Part shown: one piece after another, positions 7,786 through 16,976 of the stretch
Layout: the number at the start of each line of letters is the position of its first letter
Numbering within the stretch: position 1 is the first letter of the stretch
DNA from: an uncultured Armatimonadetes bacterium
GTDB taxonomy: Bacteria; Armatimonadota; Hebobacteria; Hebobacterales; Hebobacteraceae
Assembly: GCA_963716175.1 (NCBI GenBank)
Contig: OY970296.1
Coordinates: 544,001-608,000 of the forward strand
Direction of reading: 5' to 3'
Length of the DNA: 64,000 nt
Translations under genes and position numbers: made by a program
Notes under the pieces: model-generated
What the model saw: the letters and a program-made list of their open reading frames with translations, nothing else
The model's database searches: none
What the model was told of the DNA's origin: nothing

Positions 7786-9048
7786 ATGAGATCCAGACTG
7801 CTGAGACTACTGTGGAGCCCCCTCAGCCCCCTCGGCCTGACGCTGTTCGTGCTATCGGCGGTGATCCTGGGCGCGACCGCGGCCTATATGGGCCTCGAGG
7901 GGTGGAGCTTCCTCAATGCCCTGATCTTCGTGCTGTCCACCATCACCACCATCGGCTATGGCAACATCTACCCCTCTCACCGATCAGGGGAGATCTTCAC
8001 TGCCGCGCTGATGGTGATGGCGCTCACGTCGGTGGTAGTGCTGCTGAGCACTTTCGCCAACCGCCTGATCAACCTGGTATCCCGGGGGTTAAGTCCCATG
8101 GAGCGAAACGAGCGTGCCGTGCGCGCGCTGCAGGACCACATAGTGGTGGCGGCCACAGGTGAACTCGCCTCCCTGCTGGCCCAGAACCTGCGCGCCAAGG
8201 AGCTTCCCTTTGCCGTAATCACCGGCGACCCTGACCTTCACGCGCGCTGGTTGGAGGAGGGGGTGCCCAGTGTGCTGGGAAACCCAGATGAGGAAGAGGT
8301 GCTGCGGCGGGCCGGGATCGAGCGCGCGCGGGGCCTGATCGTGGCCCTGGATTCCGATGCCGACAATGTCTTCATGGTGCTCAGCGCGCACGACCTGAAC
8401 CCGCGCCTGCGCATCATCGGCCGCGCCCACACCGCCTCCTCCATCGTGAAGCTGCGCCGGTCGGGCGCCAATGAAGTGGTGCTGCCGGAGCAGATCACGG
8501 CCATCAACCTGGTGGACTGGTTCAAAGACCCCGCTCGCATCAGCGTCGCGGTGCGTCAGGCCATGGATGAACTGCGGGAGGCCCTACGCGCCTCCGCCGG
8601 CGCGCCGGCCAGTCTCCAGAGCCGGCCCCGGCAGGTACTGTTCCGCGCCCTACGCCTCGCGCTGCAGGAGCTGAGCCCGGATATGGATGCCACGCTCTAT
8701 GCCTTGGGGCAGCAGTTCGGGAGAGAGGCCGTGGCCCCCAACCTCTCGGGGGACCAGCTATGCCAGGTGGTGGAGGCGCTGGGCCCGCTCTGGTCCGCCG
8801 CCGGCCTTGGTCTCCTTCAGACCATCGCCTGCAACGACCAGTCTGCGCAGGTGGGCGAATCGGAGTGCGCCACGTGTGAGGGCCTGCCAGCGGTGGGCAA
8901 GCCAGTCTGCCATCTGGAGCGGGGCGTAATCACGGGTGCGCTGGAGGCGCGGCTGGGACGCACCGTGCACACGCAGGAGACCAAGTGCTGGGGCCTCGGC
9001 GACCGGGGCTGCGAGTTCCAGGTCACCGTAGACGCAGACACTCACTGA
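7786..9048 (+). CDS. two-TM potassium channel with RCK (TrkA-N) and C-terminal V4R domain
   Basis: Selectivity filter TITTIGYG. RCK segment DHIVV...GNPDEEEVLRRAGIERA...SDADN...GANEVVLPE. V4R segment ECATC...CHLERG...ETKCWGLGDRGCEF. Confidence 0.88.
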   Translation: MRSRLLRLLWSPLSPLGLTLFVLSAVILGATAAYMGLEGWSFLNALIFVLSTITTIGYGNIYPSHRSGEIFTAALMVMALTSVVVLLSTFANRLINLVSRGLSPMERNERAVRALQDHIVVAATGELASLLAQNLRAKELPFAVITGDPDLHARWLEEGVPSVLGNPDEEEVLRRAGIERARGLIVALDSDADNVFMVLSAHDLNPRLRIIGRAHTASSIVKLRRSGANEVVLPEQITAINLVDWFKDPARISVAVRQAMDELREALRASAGAPASLQSRPRQVLFRALRLALQELSPDMDATLYALGQQFGREAVAPNLSGDQLCQVVEALGPLWSAAGLGLLQTIACNDQSAQVGESECATCEGLPAVGKPVCHLERGVITGALEARLGRTVHTQETKCWGLGDRGCEFQVTVDADTH

Positions 9049-9105
9049 CTGCGGACTGCGACTCCTCGCCGAGCGGGAGGCTTCTCCAGCCTTCTGTCCT
9101 CGCGC

Positions 9106-9558
9106 CTACCAGGTATTGTAGTTGATTCCGTCCATGGAGGCGAGGCTGCTGCTGCTGTGAACCGCGCCAGTCGAGTTGTCGTAGTTCCAGTCCCGGGCCC
9201 CGGTGAACGGGTCTGCCGGGATCTGGGCATCGCCGGTCTGAAGGTAGGGCCCGTCGTAGGCACTCCGGTCCACCCAGCCGCCGTTGCCATCCGAGTCCCC
9301 GCTGATCGCGTCCCCCGAGGCGGCCATGACATCGGTGAGGGCGGGAGGCCAGGCGGCGGTGGTACCCTCAAATCGTTCGACTGCGTCTCGGAGCTGCTTC
9401 AGGTTGCCCCGTAATTGTGCCTCTTTTGCAAATCGCCGAGCGGCCATGGCCCGCGGTATCACTAGCATGCTCAGGATCGCTATCACGGTGATAACGATCA
9501 GCACTTCGATCAACGTGAAACCGCGGCGGCGACGGCCTGCCCAGCCAATCGTCACCAC
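9106..9558 (-). CDS. GspG-like type II secretion/type IV pilin
   Basis: RRRG|FTLIEVLIVITVIAIL; AKEAQLRGNLKQLRDAVERF; GPYL...IPADPFTG. Confidence 0.88.
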   Translation of the reverse strand: MVTIGWAGRRRRGFTLIEVLIVITVIAILSMLVIPRAMAARRFAKEAQLRGNLKQLRDAVERFEGTTAAWPPALTDVMAASGDAISGDSDGNGGWVDRSAYDGPYLQTGDAQIPADPFTGARDWNYDNSTGAVHSSSSLASMDGINYNTW

Positions 9559-9755
9559 AATGCAACCTCACATTCTATCCCCATGCGGTTATTCCACACC
9601 AGCAAGCAGACCCTACCATAGGCGCGGGGCGCGATGGGCCACATTTGCCCCCAGGAGCGCTCTGGCGGCCTTCTGCCCGCGATCCCGGTCGGCCCCAAGG
9701 AAGCGCGGGAGCTGGGCTCGAAACCTGGGAGCAGTCTTGGCCAAGGAGCTCAGCG

Positions 9756-10316
9756 GTGGCGAAATCCGGCCTCTCCTGCACCTTTGCGGCGATCCTGAGC
9801 GAAATCGGAGGCACGCTGGCCCAGGTCAGCGCCCAGCAGGTGGAGGCGCTGGGGGAGGCGATGGCCCACGCCGGCGCGGTCTTCACCACCGGCGAGGGGC
9901 GCTCCGGCCTGGTGGGCCGGTGCTTCGCCATGCGGCTGATGCACTTGGGCCTGAAGGCGCACGTGGTGGGAGAGGCGATGGCGCCTGCTGTCCGGGCGAG
10001 TGACCTGCTGGTGGCCATCTCGGGCTCGGGGGAGACGGCTGTAACCTGTCTACTGGCTTCCCAAGCGAAGAAACAGGGGGCTCGGGTGGCCGCCCTCACT
10101 GCCGCCGCCGACTCGCCGCTCGCCGCCACCGCCGATGTAGTCATATTGGTGCCCGCGCCGACCAAGGAACAGGCCGCAGCCGCGTCCATGCAGCACGGCG
10201 GCTCGCTCTTCGAGCAGAGCGCCCTGATCCTGCTCGACGCCATCGCCCTTCAGCTTCAGCGCCGCCTGCATCAGACTGATGAGCAGATGCGAGCGCGCCA
10301 TGCCAACCTGGAGTAG
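9756..10316 (+). CDS. hxlB: 6-phospho-3-hexuloisomerase (SIS domain)
   Basis: GEGRSG..GRCFAMRLMHLG, ISGSGET, GSLFEQ, C-terminal HANLE. GTG start after RBS AAGGAG. Confidence 0.88.
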   Translation: MAKSGLSCTFAAILSEIGGTLAQVSAQQVEALGEAMAHAGAVFTTGEGRSGLVGRCFAMRLMHLGLKAHVVGEAMAPAVRASDLLVAISGSGETAVTCLLASQAKKQGARVAALTAAADSPLAATADVVILVPAPTKEQAAAASMQHGGSLFEQSALILLDAIALQLQRRLHQTDEQMRARHANLE

Positions 10317-10600
10317 CGCGCCGCGCCCACAGGGAAGATCGGCGCTACGGGCGGCACGCTCCGCGAATAGCGAGCCCTGCCCCCCTGGCTGTTGGCGAGG
10401 CGGAGCAGGGGCACAGCACCAACCAGGCAGGGCAGGGCTCAAAGCGGGACTAGGCCAAAGCAGAACGCCCCTCCTTTTCGGGGAAGGGCGCTCCTGGCCC
10501 GCGCCTCGTACGTGCTGGACGAGAACGCTATGCGAACACGGACACTCCGCCCGTGAATCAGGTGATTTTCTTCTCAGAACGGGTCGAGGTCAACAGCGAG

Positions 10601-10789
10601 TCAGAGACATTTGTTGCTTTGTTGCATCACGGCTGGTGCAAAACCTCCCAACCTGCCCTGCGTCACCCTGGGCGGCGGGGCGGGCGGAACGGCGTAGAAG
10701 AGCCGGTACAGCGCCACCAGAGCGAGGAGCAACAGGATCAGGATGATCACGAGACGGGCGACACTGGCCCTGCGGCCACGGGATCTCAT
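10601..10789 (-). CDS. small single-pass membrane protein
   Basis: Basic N-terminus plus hydrophobic helix. Its start overlaps the stop of the LysM gene (ATGA coupling). Confidence 0.55.
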   Translation of the reverse strand: MRSRGRRASVARLVIILILLLLALVALYRLFYAVPPAPPPRVTQGRLGGFAPAVMQQSNKCL

Positions 10790-11700
10790 GGCACTATCTC
10801 CGGCCGCTGCCGGCGAGGCCTGACCGTGGCGGTCTTCGCAGGCGGCCGTTCCCTGGAGATGACATCGCGGCTCACCTCTACCCCGTTCTCGTAGGTCACT
10901 CGCAGCGTCCTGCTTATCCCAGGGCCCAGCTCTTCCTTGATATCCTTGCGGGCGATTACCGTAAGGGGTGGAAGCTCACCCGGGATCTTCAGCTCATCGC
11001 CGGCGCGAATCCGGTCCAGGTTCACTCCCGGATTAGCCGCCTTCAGGCGACTTAGTGGGACATGGGCATCGAGCGCAATCTTCCAGGCGGTCTCGCCTGG
11101 CTTCACCTCATGGCTCCCCTTGGGCGCGGCCGCCTGCATGATCCTCTGCACCGCAGCGCTCGGGGAGTCTGCGAAGCGGTCCGCCGGGACCGGCCTGCTC
11201 TCGATCTTCACCGTCTCCTTGAAGGCCGCCTGGACATCGGGGCCAGAAGGGGACAGCTCCTTCAACAAGCCGGACAGCGCCTGCAGGGCCTCGTTCCGCG
11301 TGGGCAACCCTGCCACCAGCTCCCCGTTCACCAGGATCGCTGAGGCCTGGACCACTGGCTGCAGCTTGGCGGCCAGGATCGCCATCGCCTCAGCATCGGA
11401 GAGCACCCGCTGGCCCGCGGCGGGCGCGGAGAGAAGCGTGACCCGGTGGGAGAAGGTGACGTCACCGGGAAGGCCGGAGCTGCCCTTGATCTCGTTCAGC
11501 AGACGGTCAGCATCACCGCGGCTCCTCACCACCGCGATCGGGCGGCCGTCAACCGCAATCAGTGTGACCCGACGTGTCCCCAGTTTCCCGGAATGGAAGG
11601 CCAACAGCAGCCCCAGGATGATGAGGAAGACTACCCGCTCGATCCAGAGTCGCCGAGAGAGAGTCCGTATCCGGCTATCAGCGCGGCCTTCGGTGTCCAT
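10786..11700 (-). CDS. membrane-anchored LysM domain protein with partial G5-like tail
   Basis: N-terminal TM; LysM HEVKPGETAWKIA...LKAANPGVNLDRIRAGDELKIP; VTYENGVEVSRDVI. Confidence 0.82.
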   Translation of the reverse strand: MDTEGRADSRIRTLSRRLWIERVVFLIILGLLLAFHSGKLGTRRVTLIAVDGRPIAVVRSRGDADRLLNEIKGSSGLPGDVTFSHRVTLLSAPAAGQRVLSDAEAMAILAAKLQPVVQASAILVNGELVAGLPTRNEALQALSGLLKELSPSGPDVQAAFKETVKIESRPVPADRFADSPSAAVQRIMQAAAPKGSHEVKPGETAWKIALDAHVPLSRLKAANPGVNLDRIRAGDELKIPGELPPLTVIARKDIKEELGPGISRTLRVTYENGVEVSRDVISRERPPAKTATVRPRRQRPEIVP

Positions 11701-11703
11701 TCG

Positions 11704-13461
11704 TTACCTTTGGGCCGGTCGGTCCACCCGCGCCCACCAGTCGGGATTCAAGTCCGGGAAGATGGAATCCCGGAGCTGGCATTCGCTGAGAAAGCTCTCC
11801 TCTTGCGAGGTCAGGCTCTCCCCGCGGGCCCGCCGGCGAGCCATCTCGGCCAACCGCGCGAAGGCGTCATGATGGAAGGCGGCGCGCCGCTCCGCATAGT
11901 CTCGCGCCGTCCAGGTCGAGATCAAGAAAGGCCAGTCCGAGGCCTCCAGCAGGAGCAACTCCCTGGCCGCCTGGGCCACGATGCGCGCGAGCAGTCCATC
12001 TCCGGTATGGGAGGCCAGCTCCGCCAGCTGCGGCATCTCGGCCTCTCCGTGGTAGATGTTACGCCAGATCCAGGAAGTCCACTCGTTCAGCCAGATCCAG
12101 TGGAACCCGCCCTGCCCCCAAGAGCTCTCGGGGAGGGAAACCGCGGCCTCCGGCGTATGGGCCTCGAGGTATTCGGAACAGGTGACGAGGTCGACGCGGG
12201 GATCGAGGCTGACGGCTTTCAGCACGCGGTAGAGCCAGGCTGGCCCCTCGAACCACCAGTGCCCGAAGAGCTCGGCATCATAGGGAGCGCAGAGGATGCC
12301 GTACTTGCCGGTGCGGGCCTGGTGGCCGCAGATCAGGTCGTGCACCAGTGAGCAGAAATGGTCGGCATTCTCGGGAACCCGCTCTTGCGCGCGCTGCGGC
12401 TGGTAGGGTTCCTTCGCGCCCAGGTCTGACGACGAGGAGGTGACGCGCCAATAGCGATGGCCGCCGGGGGAATGCTTCTTGTGGAAATCCAGGTACCAGC
12501 CATCACCCGGGTAGCCGTGCTCGCCGCTCCAGACCTGGATGCCGGTGCGCTCGTCGCGTGTGAAGATCGCCGCTGGCGGACGATCTTCGGCCGCGGAGGA
12601 GACGAGATAGACCTGATAGGGTGATTTCTCCATCTCCACGGGGCCCGGCCGATAGCTGGCGCGGAATTGCTCCCAGAGGCGCTGCAGCCCAGGGAACCGC
12701 TCCATGTAGACGCCCACCGCGGCCCCTCCCAGCAGGGTGGCAGTGTCCACGATGAAGTACTCAATGCCGTTCTCGGCCAGGAACTCCTCCACTCCCTTCC
12801 GGAGATGGGGCTGCTGTGGTCCCGCATCCGGCAGGGGCGAGGCCCACTCATAGCGGGGCCGGTAGCCGCACTCCGGCAGCCAGAAGCCCCGGGGCGGCCG
12901 GCCGAAGAGCCGCTGGTAGGCGGACACCGCTTGCTTGATCTGCCCCTGGACGCTCTCATCCCGGCCCAGCAGCGGCAGATAGCCATGCGTGGCCGCGGAG
13001 GTGATGATATCTATGTGACCTCCGTCCTGAAGCCGCCGGAAGGCGGCGATCAAGTCGCTCCGATACTGATCGCGAAAGCTCCGGCCAATGCTGGCGAAGT
13101 GCTCTCGCCACATCTCGGCCAGGTCGGCGAGGTGGGGCTGGCGCTGCCGCTGGAACTCGTCTCGGTTCTGCGCGGCGCTGCGGCCTCTCTGCTCCAGGTA
13201 GTCGGCGAACTGGCTCCTGAAATCGGGGTCGGCGAGCTGCTCGGCGAGAATGGGCGTGATGCCCATGGTGACCTTGGGCGAGACGCCCTCCTCCACCAGC
13301 CGGTCGAACGTCTGCAGCAGTGGCAGATAGCTCTCTGCCGCGCATTCGAAGAGCATGTCGGACCCATGAGGCCAGGTGCCGTGGGTCAGGACGTAGGGCA
13401 GGTGCCCATGGAGCACGAAGGTGAAAGCACCGGCGGCGGAAGGTGAGGAAGTGCTCGCCAC
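11704..13461 (-). CDS. GH57 1,4-alpha-glucan branching enzyme (DUF1957 C-terminus)
   Basis: VLHGHLPYV, ESYLPLL, SAATHGYLP, GFWLPECGY (nucleophile), YDAELFGHWWFEG, ARELLLLEASDWPF. Confidence 0.93.
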   Translation of the reverse strand: MASTSSPSAAGAFTFVLHGHLPYVLTHGTWPHGSDMLFECAAESYLPLLQTFDRLVEEGVSPKVTMGITPILAEQLADPDFRSQFADYLEQRGRSAAQNRDEFQRQRQPHLADLAEMWREHFASIGRSFRDQYRSDLIAAFRRLQDGGHIDIITSAATHGYLPLLGRDESVQGQIKQAVSAYQRLFGRPPRGFWLPECGYRPRYEWASPLPDAGPQQPHLRKGVEEFLAENGIEYFIVDTATLLGGAAVGVYMERFPGLQRLWEQFRASYRPGPVEMEKSPYQVYLVSSAAEDRPPAAIFTRDERTGIQVWSGEHGYPGDGWYLDFHKKHSPGGHRYWRVTSSSSDLGAKEPYQPQRAQERVPENADHFCSLVHDLICGHQARTGKYGILCAPYDAELFGHWWFEGPAWLYRVLKAVSLDPRVDLVTCSEYLEAHTPEAAVSLPESSWGQGGFHWIWLNEWTSWIWRNIYHGEAEMPQLAELASHTGDGLLARIVAQAARELLLLEASDWPFLISTWTARDYAERRAAFHHDAFARLAEMARRRARGESLTSQEESFLSECQLRDSIFPDLNPDWWARVDRPAQR

Positions 13462-13476
13462 GTCAGAAGTCTCCTT

Positions 13477-13579
13477 CTAGTGATGTTCCTATACCGAAGC
13501 AATGGACGCCGGGCTTCCCAGCGCCCTCGGAGGCGCCCCGAGGGGTTTCGCCATCACTTCGTTCGGCGAAACCCGTTAG
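13477..13579 (-). repeat. 103-bp dispersed structured repeat (MITE-like), copy 1
   Basis: Its reverse complement aligns end-to-end with 28022-28124 with scattered substitutions. Bounded by CTAA and CTAG; contains internal hairpins. Confidence 0.85.
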
Positions 13580-15516
13580 CTCTCTGGCTTCGGGATGGAC
13601 GGCAGCCCATCCAGCAGCAGGGCGGCCAGCACGAAGTTCGCCATGGTCCAGGCGTGGGGCGCCGCCCAATGGCCGCCCGGGCCGGGCCCCATCATCTCGG
13701 GCAGCAGGCCGGTGGAGGTGCCAGCGGCGAGCACTGCGCGCAGACAGGCGACGGCACGGGAGTGGTAGGCGCGTGCCCGCTCTGCTTGCCCGCGGTAAGC
13801 AAGTGATAGCTTGAGCAGCACCCGAGCCAGCCAGATGGTGGTGAGGGCGCCAGGGCCCCCGCCGGCGTACTGGTCACCCTCGAACCGGCGGAGAGCATCC
13901 GCGCCGTTGACGCGCTCGCCCAGCCGGCGCACCAACTCCTCCACGCAAGTGCGCGCCATCTCCCGCTGTTGCGGGTCGTTCAGGTCGAGGAACTCGAAGG
14001 GCACGATCAGGCCCAGCGCGGAGGCGTCTACCCCGGGGTCCACCCGGCCATTGGTGTCCAGCCCCCGGGCGAAGACCGACCCCAACCAGAGCCGCGACAT
14101 CACCGCCTGCCTGATGCCAGATGCCACCTTCTCCCACTCCCGCGCCACCGTGGTCTGGCCCGCCCCGCGCGCCAGGAAGGCCCCCTCCATCAGGGCCGCG
14201 CTGATGGCCGCGTTGGAGTAGGTGAAGCTGCCGCGGGAGATCTCCCACAGGTCAAAGGCCGTCTTATGGAGGCCGCTGTCGGCATCGATCTGGCTGGTCA
14301 GATAGCGGCCGGCGCGGAGCGCCGAATCCCAGAGCTCGGCCAGGTAGCCGGGCCACTCGCTCTCCGCCAGCGTCCGGGCATGGCGACCCAGAGCGAACAG
14401 CACCGAGGCGGTCTGGTCAATCTGAAGCCGATCTTGCTCCGTGCACCAGGCCGGCCCTCTCTCCCCGCTCAGCCAATAGCGCTGCTCCCAGTAGCCCTCC
14501 GGCCGCTGAGTCCGCCGCGTCCAGGCGAGAAATGGGGCCATGTACCTGCGATAGCCCGCGGCCTCCAGGGCCAGGCACACCTCCACCGCATCCCGGGGCC
14601 AGCAGTAGCCGTAGCCGCCGGAGCGCTCGAAGGCCGGGTCGAACTCGGGAGCGGCGAGCACGGAGCCGGTATCCGCGTCCACCAGCAGATCGAGCGCGAG
14701 CAGGCTGCGGCAGTAGGCCTCGCGCAGGTCAGGATCAACCTGGACCTGGCGGCCCGCGGAGACATACTCCTCCCAGCGGTGACGCGCCCAGCGCAGCAGC
14801 GCCTCCCACCCCAGGTTGCGGTAGGCCAGAGCGCGCTCCTCCGCCGCCGGTTCGTTGGCATCGGCCGCGATGATGAGATCGTGGACCACCCGCTCACCTG
14901 GCGCCAGCGATAGGCTCCAGCCCACCGCCAGGTCAATATCCCCAATCTCCTCCTGCTGCCGATTCAGCTGTCCAGCTTCCATCTGTTCCTTGGCGCTATT
15001 GGGCTCGTGGGCGCGGCCACAGCCGTACTCATCGAGAGCGTCGGCGGCGATGGCAAGACAGATGTGGCGCCAGTAGGCGACGGCAGTGGCGTCCTCGGGA
15101 TGGTAGTGGATGGCGTTCTTGCGCTGCACTTCGCCGAGTTGCAGATCCAGGTACTGGAACAGCTTAGCGCGCAGGGGCCGGTCCTTCGAGTTGCTGGCCT
15201 CGAACCGGCGAAACAGCGCCGGCTCCGTGGGATGCACGAAATCGGTGATCTTGAGCGAGAGGCCGCTGCCACTGTGCCGGAGCTGAGTCTCCACCACATT
15301 GGTGCGATCCAGGTAGCGCTGTGTTCCCTCCCAGGAGGGATCGAAGGTCCAGACGAGACGGCCGGTAGCGGGGAAGTAGACCGCCGGCATGCCTTCATTC
15401 AGGTTCTGGGGAAAGTCAATGTGGGGGTAGAAGAGACTCATGAGCTCGCCCTTTGCACCCAGGGTGGCGAGGACGTGCGAGTTGCCGACCATGGCATTGG
15501 GCTGATAGACAGGCAA
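13576..15516 (-). CDS. GH15 glucoamylase-family glycoside hydrolase
   Basis: GSVLAAPEFD, YGYCWPRDA, QIDQTAS, FDLWE, VDASALG, TGLLPEM, PHAWTMA. Confidence 0.9.
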   Translation of the reverse strand: MPVYQPNAMVGNSHVLATLGAKGELMSLFYPHIDFPQNLNEGMPAVYFPATGRLVWTFDPSWEGTQRYLDRTNVVETQLRHSGSGLSLKITDFVHPTEPALFRRFEASNSKDRPLRAKLFQYLDLQLGEVQRKNAIHYHPEDATAVAYWRHICLAIAADALDEYGCGRAHEPNSAKEQMEAGQLNRQQEEIGDIDLAVGWSLSLAPGERVVHDLIIAADANEPAAEERALAYRNLGWEALLRWARHRWEEYVSAGRQVQVDPDLREAYCRSLLALDLLVDADTGSVLAAPEFDPAFERSGGYGYCWPRDAVEVCLALEAAGYRRYMAPFLAWTRRTQRPEGYWEQRYWLSGERGPAWCTEQDRLQIDQTASVLFALGRHARTLAESEWPGYLAELWDSALRAGRYLTSQIDADSGLHKTAFDLWEISRGSFTYSNAAISAALMEGAFLARGAGQTTVAREWEKVASGIRQAVMSRLWLGSVFARGLDTNGRVDPGVDASALGLIVPFEFLDLNDPQQREMARTCVEELVRRLGERVNGADALRRFEGDQYAGGGPGALTTIWLARVLLKLSLAYRGQAERARAYHSRAVACLRAVLAAGTSTGLLPEMMGPGPGGHWAAPHAWTMANFVLAALLLDGLPSIPKPES

Positions 15517-15522
15517 GGCGAG

Positions 15523-16970
15523 CTAGCTCCGATGGCGCTCCAAGGCGCGCTGGTAGAGTCGGACATAGGCCTGGGCCGATCGGCCCCAGGAGAAGTCGCA
15601 GGCCATGGCGTTCTGGATCAGCCGCTGCCGCGCGGGCTGCGCCTTCATAGTGAGCAAGGCCCGGGCGATGGCGCCGAACAGGCCCACCGCGGTGTGCTCC
15701 CGGAAGGAGAAGCCATTTCCCTCCCCGGCGGTCGGGTTGAAGTCGGTGATAGTGTCGGCCAGCCCGCCGGTGTGCCGGACGATAGGGATGGTGCCGTAGC
15801 GGAGGCTGATCATCTGCCCCAGACCGCAGGGCTCATAGTGCGAGGGCATGAGGAAGAAGTCAGCGCCCGCGTAGATCTGGTGGGCGAGCGCATTGTCGAA
15901 CCCCAACACCAGCCCGAGCTTGGTCGGGAAGCGCTTGGCGAGATTCGCCAACAGGGCATGATACTGCTGCTCGCCGGTGCCGAGCAGTGCGAACTGCACG
16001 TCGAGCTGAAGCAGATGAGGCATGACCTCGGCCAGGATGTCCAGGCCTTTCTGCCCTGCCAGCCGCGAGACCAGGCCGAAGACCGGCACGTCTGGCCGCT
16101 CCGGCAGCCCCAGCCGCCCTTGCAGCGCGACCTTGTTCGTCGCCTTGGGCTCCAAGTTGTCCCGCTCGTAGTTGGCCGCTAACAGCGGATCGGTCGCTGG
16201 GTTCCACTCCTCGTAGTCAATGCCGTTCAACACCCCGAACAGGTCGCCCTGTCGCTTCGCCAGCACCCCTTCCAGCCGCTCTCCGTACTCCGGCGTCTGA
16301 ATCTCGCGGCTGTAGGTCTGGCTGACTGTGCTCAGCAGGTCGGCAAAGATCAGGCCGCCCTTCATCAGACTCACCTGGCCATAGAACTCCAGCCCGTTCA
16401 TGGTGAACAAGGAACGGTCGAGGCCTACTTTGGCCAGGGCCTCGGGGTCGAATACCCCCTGGTAGCCGAGATTGTGGACCGTGTACAGGGTGGCGATGGG
16501 CGCGAGCGTCCGGTCGCTCCTGTACTTGGTCTTCAGGTAAACTGGCAGCAGGCCGGTCTGCCAGTCATTGACGTGGATGACCTGGGGTCGCCAGTCATCC
16601 CGGCGCAGGAATTCCAGCACGGCGCGGCAGAACAGCGCGAAGCGCTCAGCATCGTCGGGCTCACCATACACCTGCTTGCGCGCAAACTGCTTCGGGCTGT
16701 TCACCAGGTAGGCCTTCACTCCCGGGATGGCCTCGCTCACCTCCATGCTGACCGAGGTTGCCTTGCCGGCGAGCGGCACATCGAAGGGAGCGGCCACCTT
16801 CTTGCTCGCGATCTGCTTAGAGTCTATGCTGGCATACTTGGGGAGGGCCACCCGGACCTCGTGGCCCAGGGCGACGAGAGCTTTCGGCAGGGCCCCGGCC
16901 ACATCGGCCAGGCCCCTGTCTTGACAAACGGCACCACCTCGGAGGCGCAGAGCAGGATCCTCAAGCTCAT
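15523..16970 (-). CDS. glgA: glycogen synthase GlgA (GT5); apparent 1-bp frameshift in the KTGG motif
   Basis: The true N-terminus MSLRILLCASEVVPFVKTG(G)LADVAG needs one more G at 16913-16916. Other motifs: HVNDWQTG, HNLGYQG, NGIDY, SRLAGQKG, MPSHYEPCGL, TGGLADT. Confidence 0.93.
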
Positions 16971-16976
16971 GGTCGT

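Noticed and set aside
9756-10316. hxlB as evidence for a RuMP formaldehyde-fixation pathway
   Set aside because: No hexulose-6-phosphate synthase (hxlA) in the window, and stand-alone PHI/SIS genes are common.
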